DNA of 64,000 nucleotides from Vicinamibacteria bacterium (lineage in GTDB: Bacteria > Acidobacteriota > Vicinamibacteria > Marinacidobacterales > Marinacidobacteraceae): NCBI GenBank assembly GCA_964291235.2, contig OZ219815.1:1184001-1248000 (forward strand), read 5' to 3'. A model generated the notes under the pieces. That model had not been told where the DNA came from. It ran no database searches and saw only the letters and a list, made by a program, of their open reading frames with translations. Below, piece after piece: positions 10,863 through 21,492 of the stretch (positions are counted from its first letter, which is position 1; each line of letters opens with the position of its first letter). The position numbers and the translations under genes are program-made.

Positions 10863-13800
10863 TCAGCGCGAACCGGACTCCTTCCCTTCCACCCGCAGGA
10901 TTCCCGGCATCCCGGCGGCGTCGAGCGCGCCGTTCACGCTGGTCAGGTCGGACTCCACGATCTCGGCGAACTCCGCGGCGCGGGCCTCCACCCGCTCGTG
11001 CAGCCGGTCATAGACCTCCCGCATCTGGTCGGTCGGTCGGAAGTCGCTCGTCGCGACCACGCCGGCGAGGTAGACGATCCTCCCGGCAAGCTGCGTCGGC
11101 CAGCGGATCTGGTCCTGGCCGGTTCCGGTGAGCAGCAACTGGATCAGGTGCTCCTCCACCGCGAGTAGCGAGCCGTCGAGTCCGTCCACGGCCGAGGCGA
11201 TGGATTCGACCCGCCCGGTCTCTTCGGCCACCGCCTTCAGGTCGAGTACCTGGCGGCGGAGCCACTCGATCTCGTTCACCATCCCCACCACGGTTTCGAG
11301 GTCGGCCCGCAGCAGACGCAGCAGCGCGGTCTGGGCGTCGATGTCCTCGAGCGTGCCCTCGCTCTTCGGGTCCTTCCGCACCTCGATGGGCGCGGTCTGC
11401 TCGGTATCGCCGACCCGCAGCGCCACGGTGTAATCGCCGGGCGGAGCGAGGATCGAGATCCGCCCGAACTGCGCGTCGCGGGTCCGCTCCTCGTCGAGGT
11501 CCACCCAGTCGGCGAAGAGGGGCTTCGTGCGCAGCACCGCGGCCGTCGAGGCCTCTTCGCGGAGATCCCAGTAGATGCGGTTCAGGCCCTTCTCGCCCGT
11601 CCCCTCCAGGGTGCGGACGGTGTCTCCGGCCCCGTTCCGGATCTCGATGGAGACATCGGCGCCCGCTTCGTCCAGCCAGAAGTTGATCGGGGCGCCGTAG
11701 GGTGGGTTCTCGCCCTCGGACCAGTCGTCGAAGTGGGCGAACGGCGGGGTGATGGGATGGAAGCGATAGGCCCCCCGGGGCTGGAACAGGTGGACGCTCG
11801 CGTTTGCCACCTCGTCGTTCCACTGCTGGAGCGGCGAGATGTCGTCCATGATCCAGAAGCCGCGCCCGTAGGTGCCCACCACCAGGTCGCCGAAGTGTTC
11901 CTGGACGACGATCCAGTACATCGGGCTCGGCGGCAATCCGTTCGCGAGCCGCTGCCAGTTGTCTCCGTCGTTGAAGCTCACGTAGAGGAAGTTCTCGGTG
12001 CCGAGGTAGAGGAGTCCGGGCTGCACCGGGTCTTCCCGCACGTTCCGGGTGTAGCTCAGCGGGCTGTCCGCCACGCCGCTCACGATCTTCGTCCACGACT
12101 CTCCGAAGTCCTCGGTCCGGTACACGTAGGGCTCGAAGTTCCCCACCTGGTGCGCCTCGACGGTCATGTAGGCCTTCCCGGCGTCCCACTTGGAGGCGTC
12201 GATGTTGCGGACCACCCCGTCCACCGGCATGTCGGGGACGTTCGCGGTCACATCGGTCCAGTTCGCGCCGCCGTCCCGGGTCAGGTGGATCATTCCGTCG
12301 TTGGTCCCCGCCCAGATCACGCCTTCGGTGACCGGGCTCTCGTCGATCGCGTAGATCACGCAGCAGTACTCCACCCCGATGTTGTCCGGGGTGAGTCCGC
12401 CGGAGATGGTCTGGCGGGACTTGTTGTTGGTGGTGAGGTCGGGACTGATCTCTTCCCAGCTCTGACCCCCGTTGGTGGTCCGGTGCACGTGCTGGCTGCC
12501 CACGTAGACCGTGTTCCGGTCGTGCGGTGAGAGCAGCAACGGGAAGACCCACTGGAAGCGGTATCGCAGGTCCTCGGCCGGCCAGCCGCGGGTGGCCTCC
12601 GGCCAGACTTCGAGCTGGCGGAACTGCCGGGCGCGCTCGTCGTAGCGAGTCACGATCCCGCCGGCGGCGCCGGCGCCCGAAGCCGTTGACCAGACGATGT
12701 TCGGATCCTCCGGATCGGGGGTCGCGAAGCCGCTCTCGCCCCCGCCGACCCCGTGCCACATTCCCCGTGAGACCCCGCCGCCGATGAATCCGCTGACCCA
12801 CGCCCGGCTGGGACCCCGGGTGGAGGGGCCGTCCTGCCGGTTCCCGAGCACGTTGTAGGGAATGTCGTTGTCCACGGTCACGTGGTACATCTGGGCGATC
12901 GGCAACTGGATCTTGTACCAGGACTTTCCGCGGTTCCGCGAGATGGAGACGCCGCCGTCGTGCGCCACCGCCATCCGGTCGGCGTCGCCGGGATCGATCC
13001 ACATGTCGTGGTGGTCCCAGCCCGGCGCGTTGTCGAAGCGGCGCACCTCGTGGGACTTGCCCGCGTCCAGTGTCACGGCGTAGGACGCGGTGAGGAAGTA
13101 GGCCTCGTCCGGGTCGTCCGGCGCTACGGCGCAGCGGGCGTAGTAGGCGTTTCGCCCCGCGAGATTGCGGTTGTGGCTCTGGAGCGTCCAAGTCTTGGCG
13201 CCGTCGCTCGTCATCCACAGCTCGCCGCTTTCCGCTTCTTCGCCGGCGTAGGAGACGCCGTCCGCGGTTTCGATCAACGCGTACACCCGGCGGGAGTCCG
13301 CCTGGCTCATGCAGAGCGCGACCTTTCCCACGTCCAGTTTCGGCAGGCCGTTACCTTCAAGCTTCGTCCAGGTGTCGCCGCCGTCCCGCGTCAGGTGGAG
13401 GCCGCTGCCGGGTCCGCCGCTCACCCGCGTCCAGGTCTTCAGCTCGAGGTGCCACATCCCGGCGTAGAGGATCCGGGGGTTGTTCGGGTCCATGATCAGG
13501 TCCGAGGCCCCGGTGTTCTCGTCCACGAACAGGACGTGTTCCCAGGTTTCGCCCCCGTCCATGGTCCGGTAGATGCCGCGCTCCGGCTGCGGGGTGTAGG
13601 CGTGTCCGAGCGACGCCGCGTAGACGATGTCCGGGTTCGTCGGATGGATGATGATCCGGCTGATCCGTGCGGTCGCGTCGAGGCCCATGTGATCCCAGGA
13701 CTCGCCGGCGTCGGTGGACTTGAAGACCCCGGTGCCGATGGAGACGTTCGCCCGGATGAAGGTCTCGCCGGTGCCCGCCCAGACGATGTTCGGGTCGGAC

Positions 13801-14093
13801 TCGGAGACCGCCAGCGCCCCGATGGCGTGGACGTCCTGATCGTCGAACACCGGGCGCCACTTGATGCCCCCGTCCTCGGTCTTCCAGATGCCGCCGGTGG
13901 CCGCCCCGGCGTAGTAGATGTCGAGGTTGCCCGGGATGCCGGCGACCGCGAGGGTGCGGTTGCCCACCGGCCCGATGTGCCGGAACCGGAGCCCGCCGAG
14001 CTCGTCGGGCGCCGGCTGGGCCAGGGCCGCCGCGGGAAGCCCGAGGGCGAAAAACAGGACGAGAGCAGCCTGAAACTGCATCGGGTTGTGCAT
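10863..14093 (-). CDS. VPS10/sortilin-like BNR-repeat protein (glycosyl hydrolase-like), paralogue 1
   Basis: FRHIGP..NR and many S/T-x-D-G-G-x-T/S-W Asp boxes; signal peptide; GGAGGA RBS upstream of ATG 14093. Confidence 0.88.
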   Translation of the reverse strand: MHNPMQFQAALVLFFALGLPAAALAQPAPDELGGLRFRHIGPVGNRTLAVAGIPGNLDIYYAGAATGGIWKTEDGGIKWRPVFDDQDVHAIGALAVSESDPNIVWAGTGETFIRANVSIGTGVFKSTDAGESWDHMGLDATARISRIIIHPTNPDIVYAASLGHAYTPQPERGIYRTMDGGETWEHVLFVDENTGASDLIMDPNNPRILYAGMWHLELKTWTRVSGGPGSGLHLTRDGGDTWTKLEGNGLPKLDVGKVALCMSQADSRRVYALIETADGVSYAGEEAESGELWMTSDGAKTWTLQSHNRNLAGRNAYYARCAVAPDDPDEAYFLTASYAVTLDAGKSHEVRRFDNAPGWDHHDMWIDPGDADRMAVAHDGGVSISRNRGKSWYKIQLPIAQMYHVTVDNDIPYNVLGNRQDGPSTRGPSRAWVSGFIGGGVSRGMWHGVGGGESGFATPDPEDPNIVWSTASGAGAAGGIVTRYDERARQFRQLEVWPEATRGWPAEDLRYRFQWVFPLLLSPHDRNTVYVGSQHVHRTTNGGQSWEEISPDLTTNNKSRQTISGGLTPDNIGVEYCCVIYAIDESPVTEGVIWAGTNDGMIHLTRDGGANWTDVTANVPDMPVDGVVRNIDASKWDAGKAYMTVEAHQVGNFEPYVYRTEDFGESWTKIVSGVADSPLSYTRNVREDPVQPGLLYLGTENFLYVSFNDGDNWQRLANGLPPSPMYWIVVQEHFGDLVVGTYGRGFWIMDDISPLQQWNDEVANASVHLFQPRGAYRFHPITPPFAHFDDWSEGENPPYGAPINFWLDEAGADVSIEIRNGAGDTVRTLEGTGEKGLNRIYWDLREEASTAAVLRTKPLFADWVDLDEERTRDAQFGRISILAPPGDYTVALRVGDTEQTAPIEVRKDPKSEGTLEDIDAQTALLRLLRADLETVVGMVNEIEWLRRQVLDLKAVAEETGRVESIASAVDGLDGSLLAVEEHLIQLLLTGTGQDQIRWPTQLAGRIVYLAGVVATSDFRPTDQMREVYDRLHERVEARAAEFAEIVESDLTSVNGALDAAGMPGILRVEGKESGSR

Positions 14094-14520
14094 GGGGTGG
14101 TCCTCCGTGCCGGACGGGTTTCGGTGGCTACGTGGTGGTGCCCGCTCCAGGCGCCGCGCGTTCGGCCATCGGAAACAAAGGTAACCGGGAATGCCCGCGG
14201 CGGTCATGCCAAAGGCCGTCGCGGGGATCGGCCACAGCCGTCCACGCGGGGTTGCACGTGCACCGGAGGGGGACTGGTGGTCCCGCGGTCGTACAGAGCG
14301 GCCCTGGTCGGTGCTCCCCGTTTTCGAGGTGCCTAACTCCATGACGAAGGCTTCCCGACCACACCGCGAACGTCGGATGCGGAACGGGCGAGATGGCGGG
14401 TTACCTGCCGTATCACGCGGCTACCGTCGCGTTGCCGCTGCGGAAACGACTAAGCGTCATCCGCGACGTGTCAACACCTGCCGCCGAAAGCGTCATGGGA
14501 GGCACTGGCCACTCTAATCT

Positions 14521-16473
14521 CTAGGATTCGTCATCTGGCATCAGGAATCGATAGAAGACCTGTCTTAGGACTTGTCGTAGTTTTCCGTACACGTCGAGAA
14601 TCTGGAATCGACTATAGAGACCCAAGACATACAACCCTGCCGGTACAGCGGCACAGATCCACCAAATGACATTTCCCATCTTGCTGGCTCTTGTGGCTTG
14701 GGACCATTCTGTGGGCAGTGTCCAAATCGCCATAGCGACGAGCAGCAGCGACACCACACCGTAGACAATAGCGGCCACGATAGCGGCCCATTTCTCTGCC
14801 CTCGCGTCGGCCAACTCTCTCATCGCGGCGATTTGTCCACGCACTGCATCAGCGACCTTCTCGGTCGTCTCGCGTCGACGCCGTTCTTGCTGAACTTCCT
14901 GCCGGAGACCGGCCTTCGCCTGTTCTTGCGATCTTTCCACAATCTCTCGGACCGTTGATGCCTCGACGTCGTCGTCTGGATCCAGTTCTCCCAACCGAGC
15001 GTGCGCAAACTGATGTGCTACAACGGCAACGCTCTCGTCGTCACTCAGTTCGCCGGACTCGACAAATTCGCCGAGTCGCCTTATGAACCGAGACCATATC
15101 TCCGGAGACGGACGGAGTACTGCCGCACAAACGGATACCAACTGATGGATCGGCATTGAGGATTCGAATTGTGGTTGCAGCAACCAAGCCGCATTCGTCA
15201 CCGATCGCACGTGTACTGCTGGCTCCAATCCGCTCTTATAGGTCTCCCTGTACCACTTCGAGATCGTAGTCACGGTCCTTGCACTTCCACTCGCGAATAC
15301 ATACTTGGCGTCAGTCACTTGATGCGGTCGTCGTCCTGCCCGTAACGTCATTACAGCTGCAGTTGCTCTCACATCGTGCCATACCCCGTGTTCATCGGTA
15401 GCGCGCCCGATCGTCGCGTCCTTAAGCTGGTTGGCTAGATCCTGCTCAGCCTCGGTATACTCGTTCTTGTAACCGGGAAAATCCTTAACGTTAACGTTCA
15501 ACGCAGCGAGCTTCTTTTCCACCAAGGCGATTTCTTGCTGGATGTCTGCTGGCGATGTGGCGGTTTGTAGAAAATGGTGTGTGAGTGGTGTCGACCATAG
15601 AGTCTTGCGTCCCGCGCTAGTCCCAAGCCTCTGTTCATAGACGCGGAGAACACCCTTCATTTCGTCGAGAGTGCGTTCGAAGGCGTAGAGTCGTGCACCG
15701 GCGCGGCGGATTAGGTTCAGTGCGTCGCGAGTGGATCGTTCCTCTGTTCTCCCGGCGTGTCCTAATGCGTGCAGCAGGACGCCAGTATCGAGGTATAGGG
15801 TTAGGTGTTTCAGTTCTCGGCCAATGTTCGGGATGTCACGGAGAAGCAGCGCGTTTTGGACGATGAAACCCTTGACTATGCGGTCGAGTACAGTCGATGC
15901 CGAGCCGCCCTCGGCAACAATACGCGCGATGAAGGCCGCAATCACCTTATCGATTCGGGAGTATCGACGCACCCCTCGAGCTTCTATAGTCTGGCCGAGC
16001 ACTACGCTGAGGTGATGTTTGTCGAGGAAATCGACCAGGGCAGCAAGGGCATCGTCCTGAGAACCAAGGTCTTCATTCCTTTCGGAAGCGTACTGGCCAA
16101 GACGTGCCGCCAGCTCCTTATGCTCCGAATCGAACTGGCCTAGTATCGGTTGCAGATCGGGGAGTGCACTGCACTTGGCCGTGCGAAAGAACCGTCCGCC
16201 CTTGCGCTGCACGAGCCTCTTGCGCGCTGCCCGGCGGAGCAGGGTCTTCAAGGTCTCAGAAGGGATTCGTATTCCAGTCGATTTACGAACGGCATGTTCA
16301 ACGTCGGTGAGTTGGACTTCATCCTGATCCAGGCTTCGAAGTGAATCCTCCACAAACGGCTGCAGGCTATCTAGCTGGTCGCGGCGAGCGTCAAACTGAG
16401 CCTTCAAGAAGGCAACGGTGGCAAGTCCGCGACGAGCATCCGTCCCTGTGGTTTGCGAATTGGTATTAGTCAC
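14521..16473 (-). CDS. Hypothetical protein with PIN-like central domain and C-terminal transmembrane helices
   Basis: 650-aa ORF with LYLDTGVL, T..EM and HD.. motifs, then a coiled coil and two hydrophobic segments. More AT-rich than its flanks. Confidence 0.6.
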   Translation of the reverse strand: MTNTNSQTTGTDARRGLATVAFLKAQFDARRDQLDSLQPFVEDSLRSLDQDEVQLTDVEHAVRKSTGIRIPSETLKTLLRRAARKRLVQRKGGRFFRTAKCSALPDLQPILGQFDSEHKELAARLGQYASERNEDLGSQDDALAALVDFLDKHHLSVVLGQTIEARGVRRYSRIDKVIAAFIARIVAEGGSASTVLDRIVKGFIVQNALLLRDIPNIGRELKHLTLYLDTGVLLHALGHAGRTEERSTRDALNLIRRAGARLYAFERTLDEMKGVLRVYEQRLGTSAGRKTLWSTPLTHHFLQTATSPADIQQEIALVEKKLAALNVNVKDFPGYKNEYTEAEQDLANQLKDATIGRATDEHGVWHDVRATAAVMTLRAGRRPHQVTDAKYVFASGSARTVTTISKWYRETYKSGLEPAVHVRSVTNAAWLLQPQFESSMPIHQLVSVCAAVLRPSPEIWSRFIRRLGEFVESGELSDDESVAVVAHQFAHARLGELDPDDDVEASTVREIVERSQEQAKAGLRQEVQQERRRRETTEKVADAVRGQIAAMRELADARAEKWAAIVAAIVYGVVSLLLVAMAIWTLPTEWSQATRASKMGNVIWWICAAVPAGLYVLGLYSRFQILDVYGKLRQVLRQVFYRFLMPDDES

Positions 16474-16597
16474 GGCTAGGTCGTGCTACGTGTCAGCGCC
16501 CGTGGTGCGGGCGGGTTGGCTACTCTGACAAATGGGAATCTGATGCCCGTCTGAAGAGCGGCGGTCCCGTGCGGGTGCCGCCGGCAGGAAGCTTCCA

Positions 16598-19500
16598 TCA
16601 CCGGTTGCCCGTCCCCGGCGGGACCCGGACCACCCCCGGAATCCCCTCGCCCTCGAGCATCCGGTTCGCCTCCGGCAACTCGGATTCGAGCACCCGCTGG
16701 AGTTCCGCCCGCTGCGTCTCGAGCCGCTCCCGGAGGATCGAATGCACCTCGCGCATCTGGTCGGTGGGCGGGAAGTCGGCGCTCTGGACAGCGATCGCGA
16801 GGTAACCGACCCGGCCGGCGAGCATGTTCGGCCACCGAATCTGGTCCTGTCCGGTGCCGGTGACGGCCATCGGGATGAGCCGTTCCTCGACCGCGATCAG
16901 CGAGCCCTCGAGCCCGTCCACCGCCGAGGCGATGGCCTCGACCTGGTTCTTTTCCTCGGCCAGCGACTTCGCGTCGAGCAGTTGCCGCCGCAGCCACTCG
17001 ATCTCGTTCACCATCTCGGCGACGGTCTCCATGTCGTCACGGAGTTCGCGGAGGAGCGCCGTCTGGGCGGCGATGTCCTCGAGCGTGCCCTCGCTATGCG
17101 GGTCCTTCATGACCTCGAGGCTCGCTTCGCGCGTCTCGTCGCCGACCTGCAGTTCGACCTGGTAGGTCCCGGGCGGGGCGAGGATCGCGATCCGGGCGCC
17201 CCCCGGCGCGGACCGTGACCGGTCCTCGTCGAGTTCCACCCAGTCCGCTCCCGTGGGCTGGGTCCGGAGCAGCATCTCGGTGGACTCGTCTTCGCGGAGG
17301 TTCCACCACACCCGGTTGAGCCCGGCGTCGCCGCTGCCGTCCATGGTGCGGATCGTCTCGCCGGCGGCGTTCTTCACGACCACCTTGACGCCTTCGGCCT
17401 CGTCGTCGAGCCAGTAACTGATCGGGCCACCGTAGGGCGGGTTCTCCCCGGCCGACCAGTCGTCGAACTGCGCGAAGGGAGCGGTGATCGGGTGGAACCG
17501 GTAGACCGACCGGGGCTCGAAGAGGTGCACGGACGCCGCCTCGACCTCATCCGTCCACTGCTGGAGCGGCGAGATGTCGTCCATGATCCAGAAGCCGCGC
17601 CCATAGGTGCCGACCACCAGGTCCTTGAAGCGCTCCTGCACCGTGATCCAGTACATCGGGCTCGGCGGCAGCCCGTTCGCGAGCCGCTGCCAGTTGTCCC
17701 CGTCGTCGAAGCTCACGTAGAGGAAGTTCTCGGTGCCGAGGTAGAGGAGCCCGGGCCGCACCGGATCCTCGCGGATGTTCCGGGTGTAGCTGAGCGGGCT
17801 GTCCTTGACCCCGTTGACGATCCGCTCCCACGACGCGCCGAAGTCCCCGGTCTTGTAGACGTAGGGCGCGAAGTTGCCCACCTGGTGGGCCTCCACGGTC
17901 ATGTAGGCCTTTCCGGCCTCCCACTTCGAGGCGTCGATGTTCCGGACGACGCCCTCCTCCGGCATGCCGGGGATGTTCGCGGTGACGTCGGTCCAGTTCG
18001 CCCCGCCGTCGCGGGTGACGTGCATGAAGCCGTCGTTGGTGCCGGCCCAGATTACCCCCGCCTGCACCGGGCTCTCGTCCACCGCGTACACCACGCAGCA
18101 GTACTCGACGCCGATGTTGTCCGGGGTGAGTCCCCCGGAAATCGTCTGCCGTTCCTTGTTGTTGGAGGTCAGGTCGGGGCTGATCTCCTCCCAGCTCTGG
18201 CCGCCGTTTGTCGTCCGGTGGACGTGCTGGCTGCCGACGTAGACCGTGTTCCGGTCGTGCGGTGAGATCAGCAGCGGGAACACCCACTGGAACCGGTAGC
18301 GGAGCGACTCCGCCGGCCAGCCCACGGTGCTCTCGGGCCAGACCTCGACCTGGCGGAACTGCCGGGTGGTCTCGTTGTAGCGGACCACGATCCCGCCGGC
18401 CGCGCCGAAGCCGGACGCGCTCGACCAGACGATGTTCGGATCCACCGGGTCTGGGGTGGCGAAGCCGCTCTCGCCGCCGCCCACTCCGTGCCACATGCCG
18501 CGGGGAATCCCGCTGCCGAAGAAACCGCCGGTAAACGCCCGGCTCGGGCCCCGTGTCGAGGGGCCGTCCTGCCGGTTCCCGAGGACGTTGTAGGGAATCG
18601 CGTCGTCCACGGTCACGTGGTACATCTGCGCGAGCGGGAGCTGGATCTTGAACCAGGTCTTCCCCCGGTTCTCCGAGATCGAGACCCCGCCGTCGTGCGC
18701 GACCGCCATCCGGTCGGCGTCCGTGTGGTCGATCCACATGTCGTGGTGGTCCCAGCCGGGGGCGTCGCCAAACCCGTGCACCCGGTGCGTCTTCCCTGCA
18801 TCCAGCGTGGACGCGAAGGAAGCGGTCAGGAAATACGCCTCGTCGCGGTCGTCGGGCGCCGCGGCACAGCGCGAGTAGTAGGCGTTCCGCCCCGCGAGGT
18901 TGCGGTTGTGGGTCTGGATCGTCCAGGTCTTCCCGCCGTCGCTGGAGGCCCAGAGCTCGCCGCTCTCGACCTCGCCGGTGCTCCAGTCCACCGAGTCCAC
19001 GCCGAAGTAGGGCACGCCGTCGCTGGTCTCGATGAGCGCGTACACCCGCCGGGAGTCCGACTTGCTCATGCACAGCGCGATCTTGCCGACGTCACTCATC
19101 GGCAGGCCGTTGCCCTCGAGCTCGGTCCAGGTGTCGCCGCCGTCCCGGGTCATGTAGAGCCCGCTGCCCGGACCGCCGCTCATCCGGCCCCAGGTCCGGA
19201 GCGCGAGCTGCCACATCCCGGCGAACAGGATCCGGGGGTTGTTCGGGTCCATGACCATGTCGGAGGCCCCGGTTTCCTCGTCCACGAAGAGGACCTTTTC
19301 CCAGGTCTCGCCGCCGTCCATCGTGCGGTAGACCCCGCGCTCGGGCTGCGGCGAATAGGCGTGCCCGATCGATGCCGCGTAGACGATGTCGGGGTTCGTG
19401 GGATGGATGATGATCCGGCCGATCCGCGCGGTGGCGTCGAGGCCCATGTGCTGCCAGGTCTCCCCGGCATCGGTGGACTTGAAGACCCCGATGCCGATGG

Positions 19501-19840
19501 AGACGTTGGCCCGGATAAAGGTTTCGCCGGTGCCCGCCCAGACGATGTTCGGGTCGGATTCGGCCACCGCCAGCGCGCCGATGGCGTGGACCTCCTGGTC
19601 GTCGAAGACCGGCCGCCATTTGAGGCCGGCGTCCTCGGTCTTCCAGATCCCGCCGGTGGCGGCTCCCGCGTAGTAGACGTTCCGGTCGCCGGGAACGCCG
19701 GCGACCGCGAGGGTGCGGTTTCCAACCGGACCGATGTGGCGGAACTTGAGCCCGCCGAGCTGATCGGGCGCCGGCTGGGCGAATGCCGCGGCGGGAATTC
19801 CGAGCGCGAGGCTCAGGAAAAGGCTGATTCCAAGTCGCAT
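16598..19840 (-). CDS. VPS10/sortilin-like BNR-repeat protein, paralogue 2
   Basis: Collinear with and highly similar to 10863-14093; Asp-box repeats; signal peptide. Confidence 0.88.
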   Translation of the reverse strand: MRLGISLFLSLALGIPAAAFAQPAPDQLGGLKFRHIGPVGNRTLAVAGVPGDRNVYYAGAATGGIWKTEDAGLKWRPVFDDQEVHAIGALAVAESDPNIVWAGTGETFIRANVSIGIGVFKSTDAGETWQHMGLDATARIGRIIIHPTNPDIVYAASIGHAYSPQPERGVYRTMDGGETWEKVLFVDEETGASDMVMDPNNPRILFAGMWQLALRTWGRMSGGPGSGLYMTRDGGDTWTELEGNGLPMSDVGKIALCMSKSDSRRVYALIETSDGVPYFGVDSVDWSTGEVESGELWASSDGGKTWTIQTHNRNLAGRNAYYSRCAAAPDDRDEAYFLTASFASTLDAGKTHRVHGFGDAPGWDHHDMWIDHTDADRMAVAHDGGVSISENRGKTWFKIQLPLAQMYHVTVDDAIPYNVLGNRQDGPSTRGPSRAFTGGFFGSGIPRGMWHGVGGGESGFATPDPVDPNIVWSSASGFGAAGGIVVRYNETTRQFRQVEVWPESTVGWPAESLRYRFQWVFPLLISPHDRNTVYVGSQHVHRTTNGGQSWEEISPDLTSNNKERQTISGGLTPDNIGVEYCCVVYAVDESPVQAGVIWAGTNDGFMHVTRDGGANWTDVTANIPGMPEEGVVRNIDASKWEAGKAYMTVEAHQVGNFAPYVYKTGDFGASWERIVNGVKDSPLSYTRNIREDPVRPGLLYLGTENFLYVSFDDGDNWQRLANGLPPSPMYWITVQERFKDLVVGTYGRGFWIMDDISPLQQWTDEVEAASVHLFEPRSVYRFHPITAPFAQFDDWSAGENPPYGGPISYWLDDEAEGVKVVVKNAAGETIRTMDGSGDAGLNRVWWNLREDESTEMLLRTQPTGADWVELDEDRSRSAPGGARIAILAPPGTYQVELQVGDETREASLEVMKDPHSEGTLEDIAAQTALLRELRDDMETVAEMVNEIEWLRRQLLDAKSLAEEKNQVEAIASAVDGLEGSLIAVEERLIPMAVTGTGQDQIRWPNMLAGRVGYLAIAVQSADFPPTDQMREVHSILRERLETQRAELQRVLESELPEANRMLEGEGIPGVVRVPPGTGNR

Positions 19841-19868
19841 GGGGTTGTCCTCCGTACGGGACCGGGGC

Positions 19869-21203
19869 CTACGCGGGGTCGTCCGCTGGCGGGCGCCCGT
19901 CGTTTTGTCGTCGGAAATAAAGGTATACGGGAATCCCGGCCGCGGTGATGCCGAGGCCGATCAGGGCGTCCCGCGGGTCCGTGAGCAGGGTGTTCACCAG
20001 CAGCGCGGCCGAAAAGATCGTGAAGATAGCCGGGAGGAGCGGATAGCCGAAGGCGCGGTAGGGCCGGTCCAGATCGGGCCTCTTCCAGCGGAGAACGAAG
20101 ACGGCCGCGCTTCCGAGGCCGTAGAAGAGCCACGAGACGACCACCACGTAGGTGAAAAGCTGGTCGTAGCTGCCGGTCAGCGCGATACCGGCCGCCCAGA
20201 GCCCCTGAGCGAGGGTGGCGTTCTTCGGGACCGCCCCCGGGCTCAGCCGGGCGAAGGAACGGAGGAAGGCCCCGTCCCGCGCCATCGCGTAGTACACCCG
20301 GGCCCCGGTGAAGATGAATCCGTTCGCCGCCGCGAAGCAGGAAACCATCACCGCGAGCGAGACGAGTTGGGCGCCGAGGCGGCCTCCCGCGAGGCCAGCG
20401 GCGTCGGCGGCGACCGTCTCGGTGCCGACGAAGCCGGTGAACGGCAGCGCCTTCAGGTAGGCGAAGTTGAGCAGCAGGTAGATGCCGATCAGCAGCACCA
20501 GGCTGAGGGAAATGGCGCGCGGCAGGAAGCGTTGGGGGTTTTTCACCTCGCCCCCGACGAAGGTGATGCTGATCCAGCCGTCGTAGGCCCACAGCGCCGC
20601 CACCATGGCGGCGCCCCAACGGGCCGCGGCCGAACCCTCGAGGGGAAGCCGGGCCCGGGCGATGGTTTCGACGGATTGGTCGCCGAGGGATACGCAGAGC
20701 ACCACGATCGCGCCCGCCATCACCAGCTTGGCGATCGTGGTGAGGTTCTGGGTGTCGGCCGAGGCGCGCACGTTCCGGCAGTTCCAGAGCGACAGCCCCA
20801 GGATGAGGATCACCACCGCCGCCTTCGCGGCGACCGGACCGAGCGGCACGAACTCGGCGCCGTACTCGACGAAGACGACCGCGACCGCGGCGATCGAGGC
20901 GGTCTGGATGACGGCGAAGAGGCTCCAGCCGTACAGGAACCCGACGAGCGGGTGGTAGGCCCGCTCCAGGTACACGTACTCGCCGCCCGCGTGCGGGTAG
21001 AGCGCGGCGAGTTCGGCGATCGCGAACGCCCCGCAGAGCGAAATCGCCCCCGCGCCGACCCAGATGAGCGCCGCGCCGCCTGCCGAACCCGTCGAGGCGA
21101 TCACGTAGGCGGGGACCACGAAGATCGCCGACGCGAGGATCGTCCCGATGTTGACGTAGAGCGCGTCGCCGAGACGCAACTCCCGCCGCAGTCCCTGAGC
21201 CAA
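19869..21203 (-). CDS. APC family amino acid permease (start approximate)
   Basis: LRRELRL, ELAALYPHAGGEY, WAYDGW, GEVKNPQR and RPYRAFGYP motifs; about 12 TM segments. Confidence 0.88.
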   Translation of the reverse strand: MAQGLRRELRLGDALYVNIGTILASAIFVVPAYVIASTGSAGGAALIWVGAGAISLCGAFAIAELAALYPHAGGEYVYLERAYHPLVGFLYGWSLFAVIQTASIAAVAVVFVEYGAEFVPLGPVAAKAAVVILILGLSLWNCRNVRASADTQNLTTIAKLVMAGAIVVLCVSLGDQSVETIARARLPLEGSAAARWGAAMVAALWAYDGWISITFVGGEVKNPQRFLPRAISLSLVLLIGIYLLLNFAYLKALPFTGFVGTETVAADAAGLAGGRLGAQLVSLAVMVSCFAAANGFIFTGARVYYAMARDGAFLRSFARLSPGAVPKNATLAQGLWAAGIALTGSYDQLFTYVVVVSWLFYGLGSAAVFVLRWKRPDLDRPYRAFGYPLLPAIFTIFSAALLVNTLLTDPRDALIGLGITAAGIPVYLYFRRQNDGRPPADDPA

Positions 21204-21492
21204 GAATCCGAGGGTACAGGAATCGGACGGTCGAAACGCCCATAGCAGCTTGCGCTCACGGTGCAGCCGGCACGGGACCGCCGGCCAGTTCTCCCGGTGG
21301 GGGCCTCCAGACCGGCACAGGCCGCCGCAGGCGGGCGGCGGGAAGGTGGTTCCGCTCTCGGCGGGAACCCCAGCAGCCTTGGTGTCACCCAGGCAAGGGA
21401 AAGCCGACCTCCAGGCCGACAACGCTGCGCAGAGCGCAACGAAACCTCGTCCGGACCATGCCGGTGACGGCCCGCCCCACTACGATGCCGCC

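Noticed and set aside
10863-19840. Diversity-generating retroelement suggested by the duplicated sequence
   Set aside because: No reverse transcriptase; the similarity spans whole genes and differences are not adenine-specific.
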